Position numbers and translations under genes: made by a program. A stretch of 64,000 bases of DNA from Octopus vulgaris (Eukaryota). The first letter of the stretch is position 1. Each line of letters starts with the position of its first letter. This document shows positions 27,984 through 40,506 of this stretch, in pieces. The notes under the pieces were generated by a model. The model did not search any database. It saw only the letters and a program-made list of their open reading frames with translations, and was not told where the DNA came from. The stretch lies in contig OX597820.1 in assembly GCA_951406725.2 (NCBI GenBank), positions 29,140,001 through 29,204,000 on the forward strand, in the 5' to 3' direction.

Positions 27984-28321
27984 AAATACATATATATCAA
28001 AGTATCATTAGAGACAGAAATCCCCATAAATTCATCAAATCAGAATATAAATTCAACCATATCATAGAATATTATATTTAATACTTACTATTCATGTTCA
28101 AAGTCGTCGACTACACGTGTTTCATGAGGTTGTATACCTCATAAGATTGCGTGACTCAAGAACATAGTATACAACCTCATGAAACACGTGTAGTCGACAA
28201 CTTTGAACATGAATAGTAAGTATTAAATATAATATTCTATGACATGGTTGAATTTATATTCTGATTTGATGAATTTTATGGGGATTTATGTCTCTAATGA
28301 TACTTTGATATATTTGTGTTT
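27984..28321. repeat. ~150-bp inverted repeat with 29-bp spacer in (TA)n
   Basis: 27984-28137 is the near-perfect reverse complement of 28167-28321. Confidence 0.9.
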
Positions 28322-28331
28322 GTATGTATCG

Positions 28332-28411
<80 letters not shown>

Positions 28412-28529
28412 CAGGTTAGGGCCTGGTATCTTCCAAACGGATGCATGACATGTCGCTTAGTCGAATTAACCCAATATTTACTCCCTAAATATTTTGTCCT
28501 TTCAACCTAACTGTAATATATATACAACC

Positions 28530-28572
28530 CATGTCATTTTAATCCCGAGCAATGCCGGGTATCTCTGCTAAT
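28530..28572 (+). mobile_element. Helitron 3' end fragment
   Basis: CCCGAGCAATGCCGGGTATCTCTGCTAAT, similar to the 3' end at 25713-25740. Confidence 0.55.
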
Positions 28573-28586
28573 AAATAAATATATAT

Positions 28587-28738
<152 letters not shown>

Positions 28739-29148
28739 ATAGATGTATTGGTAAATACATATGCATATATGTGTGTGGTGTATGTATAGATTGATACGCA
28801 CATACATGCACACATGCATGAATATACCTATATAATTTATGTATTTACACATGAAATTTAAGAATTAAGAACGCAAACAGGTTTTGCTAAATATACAAAA
28901 ATAGATATTTCAAATGGCATCAGCCGGTTGCGATTAATCCGCCGCTCCATTTCTTTCGAACATTAATAACGTTTAACGATTTTTGTTTCAATTTCGACCG
29001 CTTGTTTTGTTTTATGGGAGAAATACCATGTTTTGCAATAAACCGTTTTGCCACGCATCGATTGTCGATAAACACAATTCAAATACACATAATTATATGC
29101 CTATATATATATATATACATAATTATTTATATATATATATATACATAA

Positions 29149-29219
<71 letters not shown>

Positions 29220-29584
29220 TGTATGTATGTATGTATGTATGTATGTATGAACATGTTTGATGTATCAAAGGTAGAGAAAATAATTATGAGTGGGTTAGCA
29301 TTATTGATACAGAAATCGCTATAAAAATCCAATAGAAATGAACGAAGGTGGGTTGTATTCGGTATATAAGGGAAAGGAAAGATGAGATAAGAACATATCT
29401 GGTGGTGGTGGTGGTGGAACATAGAGAGAAATATACTGTAGGATGAGGGAGGTTTAATATATATGAGTGTACGGTATGAGTTTTATTCTAACGGTTCAAA
29501 TACTCATGAATGTAAAAGAAAAACCAGAATTTTGAGAATGTATGCTTGTGTATAAATACATGTATGCATGTATGAATATGTTCG

Positions 29585-29674
<90 letters not shown>

Positions 29675-29754
29675 GTGTGTGTATGCATATAGAACTGGAT
29701 AAAATAGTAGAAACACTTTGTTATATGGAGATTTTGTTATTTAATATGGTGTTT

Positions 29755-29970
29755 AAGGAGGCGAGCTGGCAGAATCGTTAGCACGCTGGACGAAATACTT
29801 AGCAGTATTTCGCCCGTCGCTACGTTCTGAGGTCAAAATCCGCCGAGGTCGATTTTGCCATTCATCCTTTCGGGGGTTGATGAATTAAGTACCAGTGAAA
29901 CACTGGGGTTCATGTAATCGACTAGCCCCCATCATACTTTCAGGCTTTGTGCTTATATTAGAAATGATTA
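29755..29970 (+). mobile_element. SINE type D
   Basis: AAGG.GGCGAGCTGGCAGAATCGTTAGCACG head; GCCATTCATCCTTTCGGGG...AATTAAGTACCAG core. Confidence 0.85.
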
Positions 29971-30039
29971 TTTAATACGATGTTAGTCCAAGTTTAGCAT
30001 CAGTCACAGCTTTAATAATTCAATGATATGACTCCTACA

Positions 30040-30612
30040 GGTTAGGGGAATTATGATCAATTATTCAACTAAAACCTACTTTACTTCTTCCAGCAATGAT
30101 GGCAGAAGAAAGCGGTTCCTTACTTGCTACTCCAAAATGCACCTTGAATGTTCGGATATACTGAGATCTGGTGATTGTGGGCTAATCCAAGTGGTCTACT
30201 TCACGTTTGTGCTCTTTCTACTCAATTTGAACAACATTAGCCGTATAGATTGGTGCATTATATTCATGGAACATTGTGCTACAATCAGAAAACAATGTTT
30301 TTACCTGAAGATGGACATGATTAGCCAAAATACTCACATAATCCTTGGACCAAGATAATTCTGTTATGAATGTGTGTGCGTGTGAGTGTGCGCACGCAAA
30401 TATAGACAGATATTTACTTACATATATTTGTATACAAATACATACATATATATATATATATATATGTAGGTCCGGGTTGATTCGGGGTTAACCACAGTAA
30501 GTAAGGTACTCAATACATAGCAGAGTAAAATTAATTTATTATATAGAAGGAGTTTACAGACTAGTACTGTTTCATTCAAGAGAAATCTTCAGGAGCTTCC
30601 TGAAGATTTCTC

Positions 30613-30659
<47 letters not shown>

Positions 30660-30669
30660 TATATGTGTG

Positions 30670-30707
<38 letters not shown>

Positions 30708-31240
30708 ATGCACACAGAACCGAGCAAGAATCAGAGTTGGAGGCTTCTTTGGTCCGTCTCCAAGTATAAATACACAACTGTCCCATCATGGCTGCAGTCT
30801 AATGACTGAAAAGGTAAAAGATGATTCCATTGAGTCATTGACCACTTATAACAGTCTAGACACTATCTTTTTTCTGTCAACAATGTTGATGAGACACGAG
30901 GCACAGGAGAGGTTTAACAATTGGAGCCCTTCCATGCATTAAGGAGCTTACGACAAGTGGTTTTGCTTGACATAAGATTGAAAAGATAGTCGTTTAACTC
31001 TGGTGTTATTTTTGCTGACGTAGTTCAATGGATTGTAGACACAAAACGTTTCACTATTTTGCGGCCCTTCACTGCGAACTTTGCCATTCGTTCAGAACTA
31101 CGCTTGACAGGGTTGGTTTTACCTTAGTTTTGGAATGTCAACATGATTTTAGAGATTGTACGTGTTGAAAATTAGATTCAGCAGTTTTAGTAAATCAAGG
31201 ACCAGTCAGCCATATTCCTCTTTAGAAATCAGATTCTAAA
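30040..31240 (-). mobile_element. Decayed Tc1-like transposase split by microsatellites and later inserts
   Basis: Manual translation: FTKTAE..STRTISKIMLTF..GKT near 31100-31200 and YNAPIYTANVVQIE*KEHKREVDHLD*P (cf. DNAPIHTA...WP) near 30180-30265. Confidence 0.6.
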
Positions 31241-31340
31241 TATAAATATATGGAAAAGAACACTGAGGCCTGTACTATGTATACTAACAACGTATACATA
31301 ATGCATAAGAATACGGTTTTAAATTTGTCATATTACCACA

Positions 31341-31457
<117 letters not shown>

Positions 31458-31470
31458 TATATATATATTT

Positions 31471-31670
31471 AAGGCGGCGAGCTGGCAGAACCGTTAGCAC
31501 GCCGGGCGAAATGCGTAGCCGTATTTCGTCTGAGTTCTGAGTTCAAATTCCGCCGAGGTCGACTTTACCTTTCATCCTTTCGGGGTCGATAAATTAAGTA
31601 CCAGTTACACTCTGGGGTCGATGTCCTGTTTGTCCCCTCTAGGTTTAGCCCATTGTGGGTAATAAAGAAA
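31471..31670 (+). mobile_element. SINE type D (tail ...TTTAGCCC.TTGTGGG.AATAAAGAAATA)
   Basis: Well-preserved head, core and tail. Confidence 0.9.
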
Positions 31671-31686
31671 TATATATATATATATG

Positions 31687-31731
<45 letters not shown>

Positions 31732-32222
31732 AGATAGAGCGCGGTGGGGGCAAATGAGACTATATGAAATACCATACAAAATGAACTCTTCATTGAAATA
31801 ATCTCCGCTTCCAGAGAAAGTTGCGCAATCGTTTGGTGGCAACAGATACCAACTCGAAATATGAATGAGAGACAGTCTCAACTTCCAAACATTAGCCAAA
31901 ATTATCATACACCATAAAGACAGCGTTTATATATGACGCGTATTAAGATAGAACCCGTGCCCACACCTATCCTCATGTCTCCATATAACCAGGTGGTCTT
32001 TTCCTTAATGTTAGTTACGCAGAATTCTTGGTTCTTGAGATTATCTCCCCTTTACGTGTGTAGTTAGTCTCATTTGCCACAAGGCTTTTGATTATTCTTC
32101 TCCTGAAGAGAAGATTATTCTAATAAATCAAGGATGTATGGCATTAAATATACATTTACTTTAATATACATTTATTCTACTGGCCATTCTCTTAGCTTAT
32201 TCTCGTTTATACACATATATAT

Positions 32223-32456
32223 ATTTCTTTACTACCCACAAGGGGCTAAACACAGAGGAGACAAACAAGGACAGACAAACGGATTAAGTCAATTACATCG
32301 ACCCCCAGTGCGTAACTGGTACTTAATTTATCGACCCCGGAAGGATTAAAGGCAAAGTCGACCTAAGCGGGATTTAAACCCAGAAAGTAACGGCAGACGA
32401 AATACGGCTTCGCATTTCGCCCGGCGTGCTAACGTTTCTGCCAGTTCGCCGCCTTA
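32223..32456 (-). mobile_element. SINE type D, inverted relative to the 31471 copy
   Basis: Reverse complement of type D consensus. Confidence 0.9.
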
Positions 32457-32560
32457 ACTGTGCATACACATATGTATATATGTGCATATACATATACACA
32501 TATATACATCCATCCATCCATACATACATACATACATACATACATACATACATACATACA

Positions 32561-32592
<32 letters not shown>

Positions 32593-32739
32593 ATATAAGA
32601 ATGTATAAAAATTTATACACGGAAAGAAGACCACCATGTGAACTTCTTATATGCTAAAAACGGCCATCAAGTCCCAAATCACTTAACGCACATTGCTTGT
32701 AATCGAGCTGGACACTTGAATATATAAAAGTCTCAGTTA

Positions 32740-32835
32740 ACTCTATACCAATAAGTTTCACTATTAATGATCAAATAAATCAATTAATTAGTCAATTACT
32801 AGATTAATTGACCATTTGTGGCTCGTCAGTAGAGT
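32740..32835 (-). ncRNA. Candidate type I hammerhead ribozyme
   Basis: Minus strand: ACTCTA-CTGACGA-long stem II-GAAA-CTTATTGG-TA-TAGAGT; perfect 6-bp stem I, intact core, GUA site. Confidence 0.7.
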
Positions 32836-32926
32836 CGCTGGAAAAGGTATAATTATGAAACTATAATACATACCGATACACACACACACGCACACACACT
32901 CACATACACACACAAATATATATATA

Positions 32927-33228
32927 CTAGCAGTATCGCCCAGCATTGCTCGGGTTTGTAAGGGAAATAACTATATAAACATTTTTAGAGAGTTACTTCC
33001 CTTATATAATAGCAAAAAATGCATTAAAAATGGGCAAAAATGATGGTAATTTTTTTTTTTAATCGTAGACTCATCGTAGACGCGCGCTAATACCCAGAAG
33101 GGTTCGATATGAATCACGACTATAAGATACCCGCTTTTGGTTACACTGCACCGCAAAATGTGGGAGTAGTTAGGAATCTAAATCGTAGGAGACAGACACT
33201 GACACAACTTCACTTTTATATATTAAGA
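32927..33228 (-). mobile_element. Non-autonomous Helitron
   Basis: CTAG end with CCCGAGCAATGCTGGG hairpin, TC start; near-identical to 33453-33745. Confidence 0.85.
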
Positions 33229-33452
33229 TTACACGGTGAATTTTAACTTACGTATCTTCCGTAAATAACTGACATTTTCTTTGCTCTAGTTGTTGTCAAA
33301 TGTGTTTGCTTAGTTTCTATCTCTTTTGTAAGCTTTATCTGAACATTTTCCAACCTTTGCCTAATATAAATCCTAACGTTTTCTACCCTTTTAGGTCCTT
33401 CTTTTTTATACATTACGAATTACCCTTCCAACCTTTTTCGATGTATTAAGAA

Positions 33453-33734
33453 CTAGCAGTATCGCCCGGCGTTGCTCGGGTTTGTAGTGAAATAACTATA
33501 TAAGCATTTTTAGAGAGTTACTTCCCTTATATAATAGCAAAAAATGCATTAAAAATGGAAAAAAATGATGGTAAATTTTTTTTAAATCGTAGACACATCG
33601 TAGACGCGCGCTAATACCCAGAAGGGCTCGATATGAATCACGACTATAAAATACCCGCTTTTGGTTAAACTGCACCGCAAAATGTGGGAGTAGTTAGGAA
33701 TCTAAATCGTAGGAGACAGACACCACACAACTTC

Positions 33735-33745
<11 letters not shown>
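33453..33745 (-). mobile_element. Non-autonomous Helitron, second copy
   Basis: Same ends and body as 32927-33228; 5' end merges into (TA)n. Confidence 0.85.
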
Positions 33746-33798
<53 letters not shown>

Positions 33799-34073
33799 GA
33801 TAAAATATTAGGGAATAAATCCAAACTTACAGGGATTAATATTTCTGATTATATTTTAGATATTTCAATTACCTGAAGATTGACTGTAACCATAACTCGA
33901 ATTATTACGAATTGGACAGCCATGAAACGATCGTAGCGTTTTACTCATTATCTTTTATTAAATTTTTAATACTTTTGATATATATTTAAAATAATATAAA
34001 TTAATTAATTTTATGTATTGGCTTAAGTTTTTCATTGTTTGATTTGCCTAATAGTGGTTTTATCTCTAATTTA

Positions 34074-34128
<55 letters not shown>

Positions 34129-34318
34129 ATACTAAGTAATTAAGGGTTTAGCAACGATTTGCCTCACCACACACCGAATTTAGAAATAGCAGTCAAAGAG
34201 TTATAGCTATTCTTTCTACTAAAAGGGAGATCTCAGTAAAACCACAACACTTGAAAAGCAAACACAGACAGGCAAGAGAGAAAGAAGTGACGGCAATCTA
34301 TCATACAATTTTAAGTCA

Positions 34319-34408
34319 CCTACGGACGTACGTTTCGAAATTAAGTTTTAGGAAAGCATAAGAATTAGATAATTATGTCTTACCCAACTTCTTTTCTATC
34401 AGCGTAGG
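34319..34408 (-). ncRNA. Type I hammerhead, core-defective copy
   Basis: Reverse complement of 34980-35070 but core reads CTGATAG (G of CUGANGA deleted). Confidence 0.65.
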
Positions 34409-34979
34409 ACACTACAATTATGAATAATTGTATATTAAATTTCGAGATACTAGAAGGCATCATCTCAACTCAGTATCAGAGCGAGCTAAAACCGTTACCA
34501 GTATCACCAAATTCAAAGTGTGAATGAAAGTTTGTGTCACCAACCCCTTCCCACCAGCGTGTAGCCAAGACAAGATGTTGTGGTCATTTACTGGGATGAA
34601 ATATGGTTATCAGTAATAATATAGGGTGGAATTAATTAATTTGGAATAATTATTAATTTCACCAAGTAGATTTCGGCATGTAAAAGCCTCATTCGAGGAA
34701 AGTTTAAGTAATACTAAGTAATTAAGGGTTTAGCAACGATTTGCCTCACCACACACCGAATTTAGAAATAGCAGTCAAAGAGTTATAGCTATTCTTTCTA
34801 CTAAAAGGGAGATCTTGTCTTGGCTACACGCTGGTGGGAAGGGGTTGGTGACACAAACTTTCATTCACACTTTGAATTTGGTGATACTGGTAACGGTTTT
34901 AGCTCGCGCTGATACTGAGTTGAGATGATGCCTTCTAGTATCTCGAAATTTAATATACAATTATTCATAATTGTAGTGT

Positions 34980-35070
34980 CCTACGCTGATGAGAAAAGAA
35001 GTTGGGTAAGACATAATTATCTAATTCTTATGCTTTCCTAAAACTTAATTTCGAAACGTACGTCCGTAGG
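34980..35070 (+). ncRNA. Type I hammerhead ribozyme, intact core
   Basis: CCTACG-CTGATGA-[60-nt stem II, GAAA/TTTC closing]-GAAA-CGTAC-GTC-CGTAGG; predicted cleavage after 35064. Confidence 0.85.
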
Positions 35071-35360
35071 TGACTTAAAAGTGTATGATAGATTGCCGTC
35101 ACTTCTTTCTCTCTTGCCTGTCTGTGTTTGCTTTTCAAGTGCTGTGGTTTTACTGAGATCTCCCTTTTAGTAGAAAGAATAGCTATAACTCTTTGACTGC
35201 TATTTCTAAATTCGGTGTGTGGTGAGGCAAATCGTTGCTAAACCCTTAATTACTTAGTATTATTTAAACTTTCCTCGAATGAGGCTTTTACATGCCGAAA
35301 TCTACTTGGTGAAATTAATGATTATTCCAAATTAATTAATTCCACCCTATATTATTACTG

Positions 35361-35404
<44 letters not shown>

Positions 35405-35423
35405 TAAATGTATGTACATATAA

Positions 35424-35486
<63 letters not shown>

Positions 35487-35959
35487 CATACATCTACATA
35501 TGCATAAAACATAGACAAACAGGCAGATAGGCAAGCAGACAGGCATACATACAGATAGATAGATCGATAGATATATAGATATACGCATATGCACACCTAC
35601 ACATGTACGCACAGATATTACATGTTATATAATCGGTTCGCTATTTTTATCATCTGAGGTCATATTTGATTTTATACACTCATACACGAGCTCACATATA
35701 CATATATACGTACATAAACACTAACACAAACATACTCATACACACTGATTTGGCAAGGTTTAATCACACACAGAAAAATACATTCACGTATAAAATTTAT
35801 AGCTACATATTTTCCTGTTTTGATTTTTCTACGTTGGACCATCATTGTTATTATGACTTTTCCTCTTCTACTAAAATTGCAAACGTTTTGCAAACATTTT
35901 TAATGATTATCATTTTTAGGCACTTTGCCTTTCTTTCCATTATTTACATGTGACGGATA

Positions 35960-36610
35960 TTTGTCCTCATCTTGCTTGTTGCTAATACAACGTTTCGGCT
36001 TCATCAGGTGTCTTGTGAAAATTTCGAACCTGGGTTCTCTTTCGATGTTATTATTTTTCTCATTCCTAAAGTATTTTTCGATGTTGTTATTATAAATCCA
36101 ATATTTTCCTATCCTTCCTTAAAACTGGTTCCCATATGCTACTCATATCTTAACTTGGTCTGCTTAGGAGGTTGTTGTGTCCTAGCATTTGTGCTGCTTC
36201 TTTTAAAAGTTCGTATTTTCCAGTGGTGTTCTCTATCTATTATTTTAACTTCATCCCACAGAGGGAAGTGGACTCCATTTTTCCATACATGATCAGCTAT
36301 ACCCGATTTATCAATACCTTCTCGTTTCATAGCTTTGCGATGTTCGTCTACCTTTATTTTGCGGGGGCGGCATGTTTCGCCTTTGTATAACCTACCACAG
36401 CTGCTTGGGATGGAGTACACGCAGTCTTTGGTCATATTCTCTTCTACTGTTGGTTTTACTCGAAGGAGATATTTGCGAAGTGTCGTATTACTCTTGAATA
36501 CTGTCCCGATGTCGCATGGGCCGCATGTCTTTTGTATCTTTTCGGAGAGGCCTTTTTACATAGCGTAGACAGATTGTGGAGAATTTATTGGTTTCATCCT
36601 CTCTTTTCTT
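35960..36610 (-). mobile_element. Penelope-like element 3' part: GIY-YIG endonuclease and downstream HHR-core remnant
   Basis: CVYSIPSSCGRLYKGETCRPRKIKVDEHRK...KSGIADHVWK; downstream CTGATGA-AGCC-GAAACGTTG at 35988-36007. Confidence 0.85.
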
Positions 36611-36611
36611 C

Positions 36612-37005
36612 ATAATTGCCTTTCATCCTTTCGGTGTCGGTAAAACAAGTACCAATTGACTACTGGGGCCGATGTAATTGACTTACTCCCTTCCTCAAAA
36701 TTGCTGGCCTTGTACCGAAATTTGAAATCTGTTTATGAGCATGAATTAGTCTTGTGCCAAAATTGGAAGCCAGTATATGCGTATGAGCTAAGGGCAGCGA
36801 GCAGGCAGAATCGTTAACACGTCGGGCAAAATACTTAGCGGCATTTCGTCCGCCTTTACATTCTGAGTTGAAATTCCGCCGACGTCGATTTTGCCCTTCA
36901 TCCTTTTGGGGGGTTGATAAAATAAGTACCAGTTGAGCACTGGGTCCGATGTAATCGACTTAACCTAACTCCTAAATTGCCTTGTGCCAAAATTTGAAGC
37001 CCTAA
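36612..37005 (+). mobile_element. Two SINE type D copies (alternative tail GCCTTGTGCCAAAATTTGAA)
   Basis: Partial copy 36612-36730 and full copy 36790-37005. Confidence 0.8.
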
Positions 37006-37651
37006 TATGTGTACGAACGTTACCAAGCAAAGTTCTGCAAGTTTGAATATAAGTTACAATGATTTTGATAGACGCAGTATGCATTATGGAACTATTGATG
37101 AATTGAAGAAGAGTTTTCTGCAATTGTCGAAGAATTGGCTCCAAAATTCCATTCATTACGCTTACCTGCGATTGACTTTGGTATCAGTCCAACAAAGTGT
37201 GAAATTAAAAGATTGAATAATGTGCCATCAATTCTACCTCCTACATCCATAATATTCGATAATACATAAACATTTACTTGGTTATTCGGTTACGTAATCA
37301 CTGTAAGCGGACATTTTCTTAATTCACTTACGTAATGACTGAAAATGGGCAGAAAGCCATAATGCTGTTGACTATCAATTTATTCGATGTTGATTTAAAC
37401 TACATTAAACCCAAAAGTACACCTTCAAGCTTTTTCATCAAGGATGCATAAAACCGCCAAACTTTTTAAGTTTTTGACATAAACAATCTATTTCTAAAAT
37501 GTCCTATACTCGTAGCATTATCTATTACTATTGATATTTTCATAATAGTTAAATAGAATATTCTACTTTATAATTAAAAATTATAGGGGTAGGGGGTATC
37601 TTAGTCCTAGTTTATTTCTTTTGATTTTCAAAGAAGTACCTGTATTAAGCG

Positions 37652-37953
37652 TGGAAACACATGGCCTAGTGGTTAGAGCAGCGGACTCGCGGTCGAGGGA
37701 TCGCGGGTCCGAATCTCAGACCGGGCGATGTGTGTGTATATGAGCGAAACCTAAGCTCCACGCGGTTCCGGCAGAAGGTAATGGCGAACTTCTGCTGACT
37801 CTTTCGACACAACTTTCTCTCACACTTTCCTCCTGCATCTTGTAGCTCACCTGTGACGAGCCGGGGTCCTGTCCAGGTGGGGAACCTATACAGCATAAAA
37901 ACCGGGAAACCGGCCCTAATGAGCCAGGCATGGCTCAAGAAGGAACAAACAAG
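37652..37953 (+). mobile_element. tRNA-derived SINE type B with distinct tail and 13-bp TSD
   Basis: Head TGGCCTAGTGGTTAGAGCAGCGGACTCGCGG; TSD CCTGTATTAAGCG at 37639-37651 and 37954-37966. Confidence 0.9.
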
Positions 37954-38449
37954 CCTGTATTAAGCGAAACAATAAATAACAAATGAATTTTGTGAACAGT
38001 TGTTTTCCATATCTGATTTTCATTATTCGATTTTGCATAAAGTTTCACCACTATATTTTGTAGTTTATCCTTATAACCTGTGGCACAACAAGGGTTTTCA
38101 GTACCCGGGGACAAAAGCGAGTTTTGATAAGGGAGATGTTTTGCGTCTCTTCACAGATGCATCCGAGATTGACTACCCATTTCTGATTCGTCTACATTGC
38201 TACTCCTCAGCTCGAGATTTTCTTTCATTCGTCATACTTATAGCAAATGTAACAAATGATTATTCTTTTATCATAAGGGTTGCGGATCAGTAGAATCGGT
38301 AGAGCATCAACACTCACGATGCTCAACTTTCCTTTCCATCTTTTCGGGAGTCAATGAAATAAGAACTAGTCGACTACATGGGGTTGATGTATTCAACAAA
38401 CCCACTCCAACCAAAATTTCAGGCCTTGTGCTTATAATAGAAAGGACTT

Positions 38450-38771
38450 TATTATTGTTGTTTTATATATTATTATTGTTGTTGTTGTTGTTGTTGTTGT
38501 TGTAGTCGTTATCGTTGTTGTTGCTCCTGGTGTTGCTGCTAGTGCTGTTGTTGTTGCCGTCCTTGTTATTATTGTTGCTCTTCTTTTTCTTCTTCTTTCC
38601 TCTTCTTCTTCTTCTTCTTCTTTTCTTCTTCCTCTTCTTCTTTTTCTTCTTCCTCTTCTTCATGTTCTTCCTCTTCCTTTTCTTCTTCTTCTTCCTCTTC
38701 TTCTTTTTCTTCTTCCTCTCTTCATGTTCTTCTTCTTCCTTTTCTTCTTTTCTTCTTCTTCTTCTTCTTCT
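38450..38771. repeat. (GTT)n/(CTT)n tract flanked by degenerate type D SINEs
   Basis: Trinucleotide repeats; SINE-like sequence at ~38285-38445 and 38772-38998. Confidence 0.8.
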
Positions 38772-39518
38772 TAAGTCGGCGAACTAGCGGAAATGATGGT
38801 GCATCCGACAACAGGCTTAACAGTAATTCTTCTAACTCTTAAAGTTAAAATTTCTGAATTCTGAAATTCCGCCGAGATTGACTTTGATCCTCATTCTTTC
38901 AGAAATAAAATAAAACACCAGTTGAACTTTTGCGCCAACCCATTCGACAAAGCCCTCGCACAAAATTTCACGCTTTGTGCCTATAGTAGACAGTATTAAT
39001 GATAGTATTACTGCATTGTTGTTTTGATGCATCAAGTAGGATACAAAAGAGTTGGTTCAGCTACCAAACATACTCTGCAAGGGATGCAGACACACAAAGA
39101 TTTTCAAAGAACATGCTCCATACATCAGTTGTTAGTTGCATTTCTTTGTTAGAATGTTGTACGCTTCAGTACAATTGAGTTCATGTAACTTCATTATTAC
39201 AATTTGTTACGATTGCGTAATACAATATTCATCGACACATGGTCACTACAGCTGATTAACAAATAACGAAGTCATCTGATTCACACAACCTCAGACAACA
39301 GACTATTTATCATATCATCCCCAAGGATGTTCTGCATCAAAGTAGACTGACAATAGCGAACACATTGTGTATTCATGAGAGATGCAAGAGGTTTAATGAT
39401 TCTTGCACAAAACTGTGTGAATATATGTCTCTGTCTGTTATTGCATATGTATATATACACATACACACATACATTCATATATATATATGTATATATATAT
39501 ATATGTATGCATACACAT

Positions 39519-39562
<44 letters not shown>

Positions 39563-39728
39563 TTTGGTATTATTATTTTTGTTATATCAGCCTCTAAACG
39601 TTATTTAGCTTTTAAAACTACATTAGTGACTCAAGAGATGAGCGAGTTGTGCGTGGCAGTTATCAAACTAATCATGCGAGTACGTGTATGTTTGTGCGTG
39701 TATAAATATTGTGTGTATATGTGTATAC

Positions 39729-39861
<133 letters not shown>

Positions 39862-40025
39862 GGATGGATGGATGGATGGATGGATGGATGGATGGATGGA
39901 TGGATGGATGGATGGATGGATGCATGCATGGATGGATGGATGGATAGATAGATACATGCATACATGCATGCATACATACATACATACATACATACATACA
40001 TACATACATACATACATACATACAT

Positions 40026-40350
40026 AGTGAAGACGCCTAGCTTAGTAGTTAGGGCATTCTGCTGACAATTGTAAGGTCATGAGTTTAATTCCCGGCGACG
40101 CATTGTGTCCTTGAGCAAGATACTTTATTTCACATTGCTCCAGTTCATTCAGCTGGCAAAAATGAGTTGTACCTGTATTTCAAAGGGCCGGCCTTGTCAC
40201 ACTTTGTGTCACGCTGAATCTCCCTGAGAACTACGTTAACGGTACACGTGTCTGTGGAGTTCTCAGCCACTTGCACGTAATTTCACAAGCAGGCTGTTCT
40301 GTTGATCGTAACAGCTGGGACCCTTGTCGTTGTAACCGACAGAGTGCTCC
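40026..40350 (+). mobile_element. SINE with type C head/body and the tail of the 2446-2820 element
   Basis: GTGTCCTTGAGCAAGATACTTTATTTCAC body then CCTGTATTTCAAAGGGCCGGCCTTGTCAC...GTAACCGACAGAGTGC. Confidence 0.85.
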
Positions 40351-40468
40351 TTGGTACATACATATATTGTATGTGCAAATATAAACACACACACACACAC
40401 ACACTTATATATATATGGGTGCGTGTGCGTGTCAGTATGTATATTTGTATGTGTATATATATATATAA

Positions 40469-40506
<38 letters not shown>

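Larger units (their letters stand above)
34125..35362. mobile_element. Hammerhead-bearing ~582-bp unit in partial tandem plus inverted arrangement (retrozyme/Penelope pLTR-like), locus A
   Basis: Unit restarts at 34707; orientation switch at ~34815; (TA)n on both sides; homologous to 54716-57456. Confidence 0.85.
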
